A DNA stretch of 64,000 nt from a virus. Lineage: Duplodnaviria; Caudoviricetes. Below, in pieces: positions 26,666-35,783 of the stretch; the first letter of the stretch is position 1, and every line of letters begins with the position of its first letter. Below the pieces are notes generated by a model. That model was not told the DNA's origin. It worked only from the letters and a program-made list of their open reading frames with translations, and searched no databases. A program made the position numbers and the translations under genes. The stretch is from IMG/VR virus record IMGVR_UViG_2904541872_000002, positions 1,693 through 65,692 of that record. One strand, written 5' to 3'.

Positions 26666-27166
26666 TCAGGCAGAGACGAGGGAGTTGACGGCCACCACGC
26701 TCAGCTTGTCGCCGGTGCCGAGCACCTTCGGAGAGCTGAAGCGCATGGCGCTGATGAGCACGCCGGTCGTAGCGCCCTTTGGCGACGCCGAGACAATGAA
26801 GCCGCCGTAGATGGTCTTGTTCGCGGTCATCACGAACTCGGCCTTGCTGGCGCTGTTGTCGACCGAGCCGTCGACCACGGCGCCCGGCACGAACGGCACG
26901 CGCTGCGCCGCGGCGTAGGCGATGCATTCAGCCGCCGCGGCCGCGATGTTGCTGGCCTTCACGTCGGGCTGCGGCGTGTAGTTGCCCTCGAACAGCCCGA
27001 TGTACCAGGTGGGCACCTGGGTGCCGGCCTTGTAGACGACGGACGCGATGTGGTTACGCCCCTCGATGGGGGTGAGGTTGTGCACGGTCTCGCACTGCGA
27101 CACCCGGCCATCGGGATGCACGACCTCGACATGGAAGCTGAAGCCGTGCTCGGCGTTGTTGTTCAT
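26666..27166 (-). CDS. Tail structural protein
   Basis: Start ATG 27166 overlapping upstream stop; HNL...GRNH...WYIGLF motif. Confidence 0.7.
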   Translation of the reverse strand: MNNNAEHGFSFHVEVVHPDGRVSQCETVHNLTPIEGRNHIASVVYKAGTQVPTWYIGLFEGNYTPQPDVKASNIAAAAAECIAYAAAQRVPFVPGAVVDGSVDNSASKAEFVMTANKTIYGGFIVSASPKGATTGVLISAMRFSSPKVLGTGDKLSVVAVNSLVSA

Positions 27167-28392
27167 GGCTGGGTTTCCTTTCGGACGATCTCGGCGTCCA
27201 TGTAGCTGCGCGCGACCGCTACCGAGGCCTCGGCCCCGGCGCGCGTGGAGATGACGTGCTGCATGCCGTCGAAGGCGCGGTACAGCGAGACGCCGCGCAC
27301 CGCCGGGCCGAAAGCGATCGCGGCCTCCTGCAGGTTCTGCACGCCCCCGGCCATGTCCGCCATCACGAGGCCGCGCGGCGACTGCCAGTAGGCGGCCTTC
27401 GCGGCCGGCGAGCGCACGCTCGAGCAGGCCAGCGCGCCGTAGGGGAGCAGTTCGGACAGGCGCGAGGCGTTGAAGTCCGGCAGCCAGTAGGTCTTGTCGG
27501 CGCAGATGTAGATGCCGCTGTCGCACGGCTCCACCACCGTGATGTTGTCCGGCAGCGGGATGTAGCCGGCGGCCGGCTCGTAGAGTCCGTAGCGGTAGGG
27601 CTGCGAGAAGTAGAGCATCCGGCCCGCCGCGACGACCATGCGGCCGTTGAAGTGCCGCACGATGCTGCCCGCGGGCATCACCGCAGTCTCGATCGTCGCG
27701 CAGCGCCGCCCGGTCTCCTGGGGCGCCAGCACGCTGAAGCGCCCGTCCGTCGAGGTCTGGGCCAGGCCGAGCAGCTCGCCGTTCGGCCCCGACAGGTAGA
27801 GGTTCACGATCAAGCCGTCGAGCAGCACGTCGCTGAGCGCCAGGCCACCACCTTCGGGCACCTCCACCTGCTGCACGACGGTGGCCGGCGACTCGCCGTC
27901 TTCACCCTGCACGGTGAAGGTGTAGAGGTAGCGGCCGGCCGGCAGCGCACCGGCGGTCAGCGACAGCACTGGCGCGCTCGACAGCGGCGGCGTGGCGACC
28001 GCCCGGTCCTCGCGCTCGAGCACGCGGCGGATCTCGGCGCCGTTGGTCCAGTAGACCGCGCCGTCGGCGCCCGGCGAGTACGACACGTCGGCCCGCGGCA
28101 TGCCCGCACGTACCGCCACCTGGTCCAGCCCTGCCCCGTTCGGCTCGAGCTGGGTGAGCACGCCATCGACGACGGCGAAGCCGAACTTGCCGTCGTTGTC
28201 CCATACGCTGTGCCAAGCGCCGGCCAGCGCGCGCGTCGCGCCGACCCGGCGCTTCACGTAGCCCTGCGCGTCGATGTCGACGTTGTCGGCGCCGTAGAGG
28301 AAGGTCGCGCCCTCGCCGCCGTCGGCCAGCCGCGTTGGCTCGCGGCGGTTGTTGATGCCGCGGGCCAGGGAGGTGAAGTTGACGTCGCGCAT
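27163..28392 (-). CDS. Tail nozzle/stabilisation protein (beta-propeller type)
   Basis: 409 aa, GINNR...ADNVDID..G...RRVG start, position after adaptor. Confidence 0.7.
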   Translation of the reverse strand: MRDVNFTSLARGINNRREPTRLADGGEGATFLYGADNVDIDAQGYVKRRVGATRALAGAWHSVWDNDGKFGFAVVDGVLTQLEPNGAGLDQVAVRAGMPRADVSYSPGADGAVYWTNGAEIRRVLEREDRAVATPPLSSAPVLSLTAGALPAGRYLYTFTVQGEDGESPATVVQQVEVPEGGGLALSDVLLDGLIVNLYLSGPNGELLGLAQTSTDGRFSVLAPQETGRRCATIETAVMPAGSIVRHFNGRMVVAAGRMLYFSQPYRYGLYEPAAGYIPLPDNITVVEPCDSGIYICADKTYWLPDFNASRLSELLPYGALACSSVRSPAAKAAYWQSPRGLVMADMAGGVQNLQEAAIAFGPAVRGVSLYRAFDGMQHVISTRAGAEASVAVARSYMDAEIVRKETQP

Positions 28393-28394
28393 GG

Positions 28395-29063
28395 TCAGAA
28401 CGGATAGACCACGGTCTGGTGGTCCTGATCGTGCCGGGCGGTGCGGCGGAGGTCGCTGTCGGGTGGCAGGCCGAAGTAGGTGGTGAAGGCCGCCTCGGCC
28501 TTGCCAGCGCGCACCGGGTCGAAGGTGTCGGCGTCCGGCACGCTGAAGGCGCGGAACAGCGCCCAGTCCACCAGGTGGCGGTGGTGCGCGCGGTGGATTT
28601 CGGGCTCGTCGGTGTCCTGCGCCATCGCAACCAGCGGCAGCCGGTAGCCCTCGATCCGCAGCACGCCCCCGACCGCCGGCACGCGCGCGAGCCGCAGCGA
28701 CTTGTCGTCCTGCACAGCGTGGTCGACGAGGCCGCGCTCGCGGCGCCAGTCGGGCATGCTGCGATCGAGCTCACCGGCGGACTTCAGCGTCACCTGTCGC
28801 GCCTGGCTGCCGTCCGATGGCTCGAAGACGAGGTAGCCGAGTTCGTAGAGGCTCGGGTGCAGCACGTAGACCGTGACGCCCGCCTGCACCGCGATCTCGC
28901 ACAGCGTTGCGTTGGCGCTCTCGTGCAGCAGCCGCGCGCGCACCGCTGCCTCGTCCTGTGCTTCGTTCAGCCACGCGATGACGTCCTCTTCCTCGAAGAG
29001 GGGCGGGTCGGCGCGATCCTTCGCGTCGACCCGAAAGGCAGCGATCAGCGCCTGGAGGTTCAT
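28395..29063 (-). CDS. Head-tail adaptor protein
   Basis: 222 aa, EEEDVIAWLNEAQDEAA, PEIHRAHHRHLVDWALFRAF. Confidence 0.75.
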   Translation of the reverse strand: MNLQALIAAFRVDAKDRADPPLFEEEDVIAWLNEAQDEAAVRARLLHESANATLCEIAVQAGVTVYVLHPSLYELGYLVFEPSDGSQARQVTLKSAGELDRSMPDWRRERGLVDHAVQDDKSLRLARVPAVGGVLRIEGYRLPLVAMAQDTDEPEIHRAHHRHLVDWALFRAFSVPDADTFDPVRAGKAEAAFTTYFGLPPDSDLRRTARHDQDHQTVVYPF

Positions 29064-29677
29064 GGCACCCCGAACTGGTCGATCATCTCGACGAGGCGAG
29101 CGCGCATGTTCTCGACCGAGAGGGTCTTCGGCACCTTCTGCTGGAACTTGTCGAAGCCCCAGTCCTGCAGCTGGTCCTTGTCCATCGAGTCGAGGGTCTG
29201 CACGAGGTCGAGCCGGTTCTGCTCGGCCAGCCTGCGTGCCTCCTCCACCTTCTTGGCTTCGGCGAGCACGGCGTCGGTGTCATCTTCCTGCTCGTGCGTG
29301 CCATCGTCCGCGGGCGGGGTGTCGCCCGATGGCGCGCCATCGGCCTGGCCGCCTGCCCCGTCCGATGCGGCGCCTTCGGCGGTGCCGCCGTCCGAACCCT
29401 CGCCGCCTCCGCCATCTCCAGAGGTGCTTTCGCTGTCGTGCGTATCGGGCTCGACAGGCGCCGGCGCCGGCGCGGGGGCGGGAGCCGGGGCCGCAGGCGC
29501 GATGACCACGCGCTCGAAGCAGTCGCTGTGACGGAGAAACTTCGCGACCAGGTCGAGGTCGCTGATGACGCGCACCTGCTCGCGCTCGAAGGAGAGATTC
29601 GAGCCGTAGAGGCGGTCATAGAACGGGTCTTCGCGCCCGATGTACTTCACGGGCACGCCGGCGGTTTTGGAGGCCAT
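29060..29677 (-). CDS. Hypothetical virion-associated protein with acidic linker and C-terminal helical (HeH-like) domain
   Basis: Start ATG 29677 after GAAGGA; VKYIGREDPF N-domain, PA/G/D linker, MDKDQLQDW..DKF C-domain. Confidence 0.65.
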   Translation of the reverse strand: MASKTAGVPVKYIGREDPFYDRLYGSNLSFEREQVRVISDLDLVAKFLRHSDCFERVVIAPAAPAPAPAPAPAPVEPDTHDSESTSGDGGGGEGSDGGTAEGAASDGAGGQADGAPSGDTPPADDGTHEQEDDTDAVLAEAKKVEEARRLAEQNRLDLVQTLDSMDKDQLQDWGFDKFQQKVPKTLSVENMRARLVEMIDQFGVP

Positions 29678-29733
29678 GGGGGTTCCTTCAGGAAGGGGAA
29701 AAGGAGGAAGGCGATCGCCCTCCCCCGCTCGCG

Positions 29734-30213
29734 TCACTTCGCGCCGAGGCGCTCGCCGTGCACGATGAAGTCCACGCGGCTGGCCTTGGCGTTGGCGGCG
29801 CCCGCGAGCGTCAGCACAAGGAAGGCTTCCTTCGCCAGCGTCACCGGCGCCTTCGCCGACGTGGTGCGCAGGCGAGCCGCCGCGTTGAGCGCGATGCCCG
29901 CACCGAAGTACGCGAGGTCCTGCGGCACCTCCGCGCTGTCGACGCCATCGACGTACTCGAAGCCGATCGAGCCGGTGACGGCAGCCGTCATGGCGGTGGA
30001 GACGATTGCCTGCAGATCCTCGAGCCGGAAGCCCGCGGGCAGCACCTGGAGATAGACCTTGTCGCCGACCGCGAGCGCGATGTCGGAGTTGGCGCGCAGC
30101 GGCGCGCCGTTGGCGCCGGTGTCGAGCCGCGAGCGCAGCGTGGTCACGTTGCCGTAGGCGGCCATGCCGCCGAACTGGTTGATGCCCAGGCCCTTGAGTT
30201 TGATGTTGGCCAT
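29734..30213 (-). CDS. Capsid decoration/cement protein
   Basis: 159 aa directly after MCP, GDKVYLQVLPAGFRLED. Confidence 0.65.
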   Translation of the reverse strand: MANIKLKGLGINQFGGMAAYGNVTTLRSRLDTGANGAPLRANSDIALAVGDKVYLQVLPAGFRLEDLQAIVSTAMTAAVTGSIGFEYVDGVDSAEVPQDLAYFGAGIALNAAARLRTTSAKAPVTLAKEAFLVLTLAGAANAKASRVDFIVHGERLGAK

Positions 30214-30270
30214 GTATGGCTCCTTGGGAATGAGAAGGGAGAGAGGCCGGGTTGCCCCGGCCCTGGGTCA

Positions 30271-31560
30271 TCAGCCGCGCGGCTTGATGATCGGCACCAC
30301 GGTGTCGAGCACCGTCACGCCGTGGTCGGTGAACTGCACCTCGTCGCCGTGGTCGACCGCGAAGCGGATCTTCGACAGGCCCTGGATGACGCCGATCAGG
30401 ATTTCCAGCTTGTCGCCGTGGTCGTCCTCTTCTTCGCTCCAGAAGAACGGCATGCCGCTGTGCTCCGACGCGGCGAACGCCTGGCCGAGGGCCTGGCCGC
30501 CGAGCAGGATGGCGCGGTCGATGGCGAACTTCGTGGTGAAGCTGGCCGGGACCACCGCTTGGCTCTCGGTCTCCGAGTCGTAGGCCGCGCAGTAGCGGAT
30601 CACGTCGTTGGCGTAGAAGCGGATCGGCTTCGGCATCTTGACCAGCAGGATGCCGTTCCACAGGCCCGCGTCACCGAGGAACAGCGGGTGATCCTTGATG
30701 AGGCGCGCACGCGCCACGGCCGCAGCTTGGAAATTGCGGAAGGCCGGGTCGGTCGCGAAGCCGCTGTACTGCGCCGGCGACAGCAGCATCACCCGGATCG
30801 GGCTGTCGGTGGCGGCCTGGTCGCCGTCGAACTGCACCGGAGGCGGGGGCAGCGCGATCTGGTCGACGTAGGAGCGCACGGCGTCCACGGTGCCCATCTT
30901 CAGCAGGTCGGTCGAAGCGATGTCGACCTCGCCCGCGTTCACGGTGAACTGGTCGATGACGCCGGCCTTGGCCATGAAGTGCCGGTTCTTCGTTGGCGCC
31001 TTCACGGGGTTGACCAGGATCTCGGCGAAGTCGGGGTGCGTCTCGACCGGCACGCGCCATTCGATGTTGTCGTGGAAGCCACGCGCGCCGCCCATGTGAA
31101 CCAGGATGGACTGGTCCAGGTAGTCGTTTGCCTTCTGCTGCGCCAGCGGCCGGCCCACGCGGCGCAGGTCCACCGGGCTGCGGATCTGCGACATGACGTC
31201 GCCCATGTCGATCGGGAAGCGCGCCTGGTTCACGCGCAGCCGGTCTTCGGACAGCTTCACGCCCACGCCCTTGCCCTTGGCGTACTTGCTGCCCATGATC
31301 GGGTAGCCACCGCTCGGGTTGATGAGGTTGAACTTCACCTCGTCCCCGCGGCCCTTGCCCAGGTCCTGCACCTGCACGATGGGCATGTGGTTGCTGGACT
31401 GCTTCTTGATCGTGGCGATCGCGCCCTCGAGCTTCGGCATCTTGCCGACGAGGCGATTGATGGTGGTGTTGCGCTGCTGGCTCACCGCGAAGACGCCAGC
31501 GGCTTGCTGGACCATCGCCTTCGGGTCGCCGTACTGCATCTGCGTTTTGGTTGCGGTCAT
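30271..31560 (-). CDS. Major capsid protein, N4-gp56/DUF4043 type
   Basis: 429 aa; DLGKGRGDEVKFNL, LRVNQARFPID, RAILLGGQAL, DHGVTVLDT. Confidence 0.9.
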   Translation of the reverse strand: MTATKTQMQYGDPKAMVQQAAGVFAVSQQRNTTINRLVGKMPKLEGAIATIKKQSSNHMPIVQVQDLGKGRGDEVKFNLINPSGGYPIMGSKYAKGKGVGVKLSEDRLRVNQARFPIDMGDVMSQIRSPVDLRRVGRPLAQQKANDYLDQSILVHMGGARGFHDNIEWRVPVETHPDFAEILVNPVKAPTKNRHFMAKAGVIDQFTVNAGEVDIASTDLLKMGTVDAVRSYVDQIALPPPPVQFDGDQAATDSPIRVMLLSPAQYSGFATDPAFRNFQAAAVARARLIKDHPLFLGDAGLWNGILLVKMPKPIRFYANDVIRYCAAYDSETESQAVVPASFTTKFAIDRAILLGGQALGQAFAASEHSGMPFFWSEEEDDHGDKLEILIGVIQGLSKIRFAVDHGDEVQFTDHGVTVLDTVVPIIKPRG

Positions 31561-31601
31561 CTAGACCTCCTTGTGTTGTGGTGCTGCGTGGGCCTGGTGG
31601 C

Positions 31602-32714
31602 TCACAGAGATCGGTTCAGGAACGCATCGATCTGCTCGGCCGTCATGCCGTGCATGGCTTCCACCATCGCTGCGGGCTCCATCGCTGCGAGTCGCTCGTG
31701 CGGCGACAGCGCGTCGGCCTTCCCGCCCGGGATGTCCGAGAGGGAGGCCGGCACGGCCGGCGCCGCCGCGGCGATCGCGGCTTGCGCGGCTGCCTTGTTG
31801 TCGGCTGCCGCGGCTTGGCTCTGTCCAGCAGCCGGTGCCGCCGCGGGTGCGGCGGTGGCCTTCTTGAAATCGTTGAACAGCTCGACCACCTGCTGCGCGC
31901 TGCCCTTCGCCAGCACGTCCTGCAGCGTGGGCCGCAGGTAGCTGGGTTGGCCCGCGATCCACGCCTTCAGCTCGGCGCTCTCCGCCACGGAATCCGCGTC
32001 GGGGTGCGCCTTGTAGATGGCGTCGAGGTGGGCGTCTTGGGCGCTGCGCTGCTGGTGCTGCTGCAGGGGAGCGATCGCCTTGCTGATCCGCTCCTCCACG
32101 CGCTGGTCGACCAGCGTCGCGATGCCCTTGGCCAGCGCCTCCTCGGAGAAGTCGCCGAAGAGAGCCGGGTCCACCCCGCTGGCGATCGCCGCTTGCGCGG
32201 CCGCCACCTGGTTGTCCGTCTTCGTCGGCGCCTGCCCCGCGTCGGCGCGCTGCTGCGCTTGGGCTTGCAACTCGGTGAGCTGCCGCTGCGCCGTCTCCGC
32301 CTGCGCCTTCCAGTGCTGCTCGCCCTCGCGGGCCTGCACCAGCTTCTCGTAGGGGATGGTGTGCTTGCCATCCTTCGCGAGCACGACGGCGTTGGACGCA
32401 TCGGGCTCGGCTGCGGGAGCTGCTGCAGGTGCCGCGGCGGGTGCTGCTGCGGGGGACGGCGCGGGCGAAGCGGCCGGGGCTGCCGCGGGTGCGGGAGCCG
32501 GCGCTGCTGCGCTGCTGTTCGTGTCGGCGCCGCTCGCTGCATCGGATGCGGGAGCGGGTGCGGCTGCAGCAGTGGTGGTCGTGGGCGCGCCACCGTCATC
32601 CAGCCCGAAGCTGGTATCGCCCGATGCCGCGATCTCGAGGAGCTCAGCGGCCTGCTGCGGCGTCAGTGCGCCGTTGATGTCGTTGGTCTGGAAAAAGTCG
32701 TTGGATGTCGTCAT
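31602..32714 (-). CDS. Capsid scaffolding protein
   Basis: 370 aa, Ala/Pro low-complexity, KDGKHTIPYEKL coiled coil, HPDADSV; directly upstream of MCP. Confidence 0.8.
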   Translation of the reverse strand: MTTSNDFFQTNDINGALTPQQAAELLEIAASGDTSFGLDDGGAPTTTTAAAAPAPASDAASGADTNSSAAAPAPAPAAAPAASPAPSPAAAPAAAPAAAPAAEPDASNAVVLAKDGKHTIPYEKLVQAREGEQHWKAQAETAQRQLTELQAQAQQRADAGQAPTKTDNQVAAAQAAIASGVDPALFGDFSEEALAKGIATLVDQRVEERISKAIAPLQQHQQRSAQDAHLDAIYKAHPDADSVAESAELKAWIAGQPSYLRPTLQDVLAKGSAQQVVELFNDFKKATAAPAAAPAAGQSQAAAADNKAAAQAAIAAAAPAVPASLSDIPGGKADALSPHERLAAMEPAAMVEAMHGMTAEQIDAFLNRSL

Positions 32715-32855
32715 GCCTGTCCCACCACATATCGCCGTGGCCGCAAGGGGCCAGCAATCCGGTGCGAGCCCTCAAGGGGCCGCGCCATCTGCCTGGAATC
32801 CACGGTGTTGCCACCGTGACCTCGCCCCAGCGCTCGCGCGCGGTGCTTGAAAGGC

Positions 32856-32897
32856 AGTGTCGAAAGAGCAAAGGCAAAGACGAAACCCTACAGGGGG
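32856..32897 (-). promoter_or_regulatory. Late promoter element copy 5 (scaffold-capsid operon)
   Basis: CCCCCTGTAGGG-TTTCGT-N18-GACACT. Confidence 0.7.
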
Positions 32898-32905
32898 CAG
32901 GAACG

Positions 32906-32930
32906 AAAAAGCCGCCTCGAGGGCGGCTTT
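32906..32930. terminator. Bidirectional intrinsic terminator
   Basis: AAAAA-GCCGCC-TCGAG-GGCGGC-TTT. Confidence 0.8.
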
Positions 32931-32952
32931 GGAAGGGCATCGTCGGCCGCAA

Positions 32953-33969
32953 CTACTCGGGACGCGCGGGCCGAATCTGTCTAGGCTCCCGTGGCCAGGA
33001 CACGCTCACGATTTGCGCGGTTGTGATCTCGCCACGCAGCTCTGTCGCGTTGATCTGCATGTAAAGCGACTTGCGCTCCCACTCCGCGTTCTGCAGCATG
33101 GTCTTGTGCTCATCGCGTAGGGTCTCGGTGCTCAGGTTTGCGATGAATTCGCCGCTGCGCCCACCGCCTCCGACCCACAAGCGAGCAACGCTTTCCTGCT
33201 GCCAATCGATCTTGAAAATCTTGTAGTTGCCGTTCAGCTGGATATCCTTGGCACGCTGCCGCGATGCAGTTGCGATGTTGCGTGCCACGGCGTTTGGCAT
33301 CTCCATCCCATTGACCTCCAAGGTCTTCGCATCGCCAACACTGCGCAAAATTTCTCGACGGCTGTCGTCAAAATCCTCGTGTGCGGCAGCGAGTTTGGGG
33401 CGGCCTGCAAGCGCTTCGGTGACGACTTGAAGGCGCTTCGTTTCTTGTTCGGTCAATGCAACTTGCTTTCTAAACTCAAGGTCAGCGAGCTTTTCCTCAG
33501 CCTTGTTTTTCAGAAACGCTTTCGTGACGACGACACTCCCCGCAACGAACGCAAGTCCAATAATGGTTACGACAAGTTCAGTCGATGTCATTTTTCCCAC
33601 CAATGCAGTAGATAACTTCTCGGCATACTCACCGAGGTTGACTTCGATCAGCGAGCTGCCCCGCTTGACCTTGGCCTTGAACTGAATGTCCTGCTTCTCA
33701 TCTGCTGTCAGCACACGCGCGTTCGTGCTGTTGTGCACATAGCGGGCATAGGATCGGTTGAGAGCATGCTGGATCTGAACCAGCGCTTCTGCCATGTCGG
33801 GGGTGATCGTGCTGTCGTACCCCTCGCCCTTAGACCGGATCGACAGGACTGGCCAGCCGGCGAATTCGATGACCACGTTCTTGTCATCAAATTGGCCCTT
33901 TAAGGCGGATTCCAAGTACCGCGCCGCCTGTTGCTCGTCCTCAACCCGAAGAACACGCTCTCCTGCCAT
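32953..33969 (-). CDS. Low-GC moron protein with one central TM helix, unknown function
   Basis: 338 aa, VKRGSSLIEV, TM ELVVTIIGLAFVAGSVVVT, own terminator. Confidence 0.8.
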   Translation of the reverse strand: MAGERVLRVEDEQQAARYLESALKGQFDDKNVVIEFAGWPVLSIRSKGEGYDSTITPDMAEALVQIQHALNRSYARYVHNSTNARVLTADEKQDIQFKAKVKRGSSLIEVNLGEYAEKLSTALVGKMTSTELVVTIIGLAFVAGSVVVTKAFLKNKAEEKLADLEFRKQVALTEQETKRLQVVTEALAGRPKLAAAHEDFDDSRREILRSVGDAKTLEVNGMEMPNAVARNIATASRQRAKDIQLNGNYKIFKIDWQQESVARLWVGGGGRSGEFIANLSTETLRDEHKTMLQNAEWERKSLYMQINATELRGEITTAQIVSVSWPREPRQIRPARPE

Positions 33970-34053
33970 GCTTGCCCGCCTCGCTCGATGTAATACGAGA
34001 ATGCTACAGCAGGTTACAGAGCACGCCGTTAAGGGTTTCTGGGCACTCCTGCC

Positions 34054-34917
34054 TTAGGCAACCACCACCCAGTCCTCCGCCAGCATGTCGGTTTGCGAGG
34101 CGAGCCAGCCCATGAGGATCTCGCCGTTGGCGGTCTTCATCGTGATGGACGGCAGCACCATGGCTGTGCCGTTCGGCTGCTGCTCGGCCCACTTCCGGTT
34201 CGCCGACGCCCAAAAGCCCGCGGCCGGCACCTCGCGCGAGCCGTCGCAGCTCAGGGCGAGCCACATGTCCTTGCCGTTCCAGCCGAGGCGCGCGACGCGC
34301 TCGCCATGCTTCAGGGCCCGCAGCGCCGCGCCGAAGTCCAGGACCGAGCGCTGCCCGCGCGCAGCAAACACCGCGTCGACCGCTTCTTCGGCCTTGCCCG
34401 GACCTTCGTCCTGGTGATCGTCGCGCACCGGAATGCTGACGACCTTAGGCGCTGCGGCCGACCTGGTCCCGATCAGCGCATCGATCGCTTCGCGCACCTG
34501 CGTGCCGACACGCGCGCCACCGTGCCCCAACTCCGCGACTCGAGCCGCCAGCGAATGCGAGGCCGACAGTTCGAGGTCCTGGCGGTGCGTGCGTGCAATG
34601 GGCGCCGCGGTTGCATCCTGCCGCGCGGCCTGGCCCTTCTGGAACGGCATCCAGGTGCAGAACCACCCGAAGTCGACACGAGCGGGATCGGGTTCCGGCA
34701 AGAGGTCAACGCTGGTGCGACCGTGCGGTGCACCGTTGGCATCGAACACGGTCAGATTGACCAGCACGTCGCTCCACACATGCGTGACGATCGCGGCGTA
34801 GGGCTGATCGGCGCCGGCGGCATGGCGCGCGAAGCCAGCCTCGGCGCCGTTCGCACAGGGATAGAACCAGAGCACGCGGCCGACGGTTGGGGTGATCTGG
34901 GGTTGAGGGGTGTTCAT
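34054..34917 (-). CDS. Fusion: uncharacterised phage N-domain plus C-terminal DUF2829 (Tad2-like) domain
   Basis: Start ATG 34917 after AGGAG; N-domain PTVGRVLWFYP...WMPFQ; C-domain LDFGAALRALKHGERVARLGWNGKDMW...GWLASQTDMLAEDW. Confidence 0.85.
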   Translation of the reverse strand: MNTPQPQITPTVGRVLWFYPCANGAEAGFARHAAGADQPYAAIVTHVWSDVLVNLTVFDANGAPHGRTSVDLLPEPDPARVDFGWFCTWMPFQKGQAARQDATAAPIARTHRQDLELSASHSLAARVAELGHGGARVGTQVREAIDALIGTRSAAAPKVVSIPVRDDHQDEGPGKAEEAVDAVFAARGQRSVLDFGAALRALKHGERVARLGWNGKDMWLALSCDGSREVPAAGFWASANRKWAEQQPNGTAMVLPSITMKTANGEILMGWLASQTDMLAEDWVVVA

Positions 34918-34933
34918 AGGGCTCCTGAAATGG

Positions 34934-35032
34934 AAAAGCCCTGTGGTCTGGCATCCCCGGTAGCGGCCTTCCTCCTCACGGAGGTGGGATGCCAGAGAAC
35001 AGGGCTCTGGGTTGGTTGTCTTGGCCGCTACC
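34934..35032 (-). promoter_or_regulatory. Structured 5' leader: terminator-like hairpin with 10-bp 5'-to-loop pairing
   Basis: Stem 34937-34957 / 34986-35006, T tract, and GGTAGCGGCC (35023-35032) complementary to loop segment 34959-34968. Confidence 0.65.
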
Positions 35033-35046
35033 CGTTGACGAACGCC

Positions 35047-35088
35047 AATGTCGATGCAGGGACGCGACAGCACCATCCCTACAAGGGG
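35047..35088 (-). promoter_or_regulatory. Late promoter element copy 6 (Tad2-fusion leader)
   Basis: CCCCTTGTAGGG-ATGGTG-N18-GACATT. Confidence 0.55.
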
Positions 35089-35107
35089 TCGGTGGAATAA
35101 TTGGTTG

Positions 35108-35782
35108 ATGCCATACGACGATCCGATTTCTACTCCATGGGCCGGCAACCTCGAAGAGGTCAGTCGCCGAATGAATGCGTTCTTCGGAAGCGCCGAAGGA
35201 TTTGAAAGCTATCTAAACGGTCGGTTGCAGGCATTTACGGCAGTCTGGCAGCGAGACTCTCGGGAGGTGGGTGAGGTCCTTCATGCTCACCTCGTAGTCG
35301 AGCACTTTTTGGATGAATATTTGCGGAAAACTCATCCGACTGTTGATTTCGATGTCGTTCGGCCGAAGTACGATGGGAAGCTCAAGTTCGTGCCTGCGTC
35401 GAATCAGCTCCTGATGGAAGCCATGCCGAGCTTCAGGGCGCTAGGCACGATCCGCAATGGGTTGGCTCATCAGATCAATCGTGGGATCGAGAAGGCGGAT
35501 ATTCAGCCGATGCTCAAGTTCGAAAAGTACCGGACTTTTCGCAGTAGCCCGAGTACGCAGGGCCCAATGGATTTCAACTCAGCAAGCCCACACGAGATAT
35601 ACCTCGACTTTGCGAAATGGATTGCGAGCACGCTTCAAACGATGGCTGACCCAGATCATGAAAAAATGAAATTGGTCTTCGACCTTTCTCGCAACATCGA
35701 CGGCACGCCAGCCCCGGCCGTCTCCAATGACGGCGTACCAGGATCGCCGAAGGTAAAACGTCCGATCTTCGGAAGTTTCTGA
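35108..35782 (+). CDS. HEPN-domain protein (MtlR-like HEPN, RxxxxH), antisense moron
   Basis: HLVVEHFL helix and IRNGLAH motif at 35453-35470; low GC; start ATG 35108 (alternative 35048). Confidence 0.75.
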   Translation: MPYDDPISTPWAGNLEEVSRRMNAFFGSAEGFESYLNGRLQAFTAVWQRDSREVGEVLHAHLVVEHFLDEYLRKTHPTVDFDVVRPKYDGKLKFVPASNQLLMEAMPSFRALGTIRNGLAHQINRGIEKADIQPMLKFEKYRTFRSSPSTQGPMDFNSASPHEIYLDFAKWIASTLQTMADPDHEKMKLVFDLSRNIDGTPAPAVSNDGVPGSPKVKRPIFGSF

Positions 35783-35783
35783 T

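Noticed and set aside
32765-32779. Extra late-promoter-like copy CCCCTTGAGGGCTCG
   Set aside because: Better explained as one of the twin leader hairpins inside the transcript from the 32856-32897 promoter
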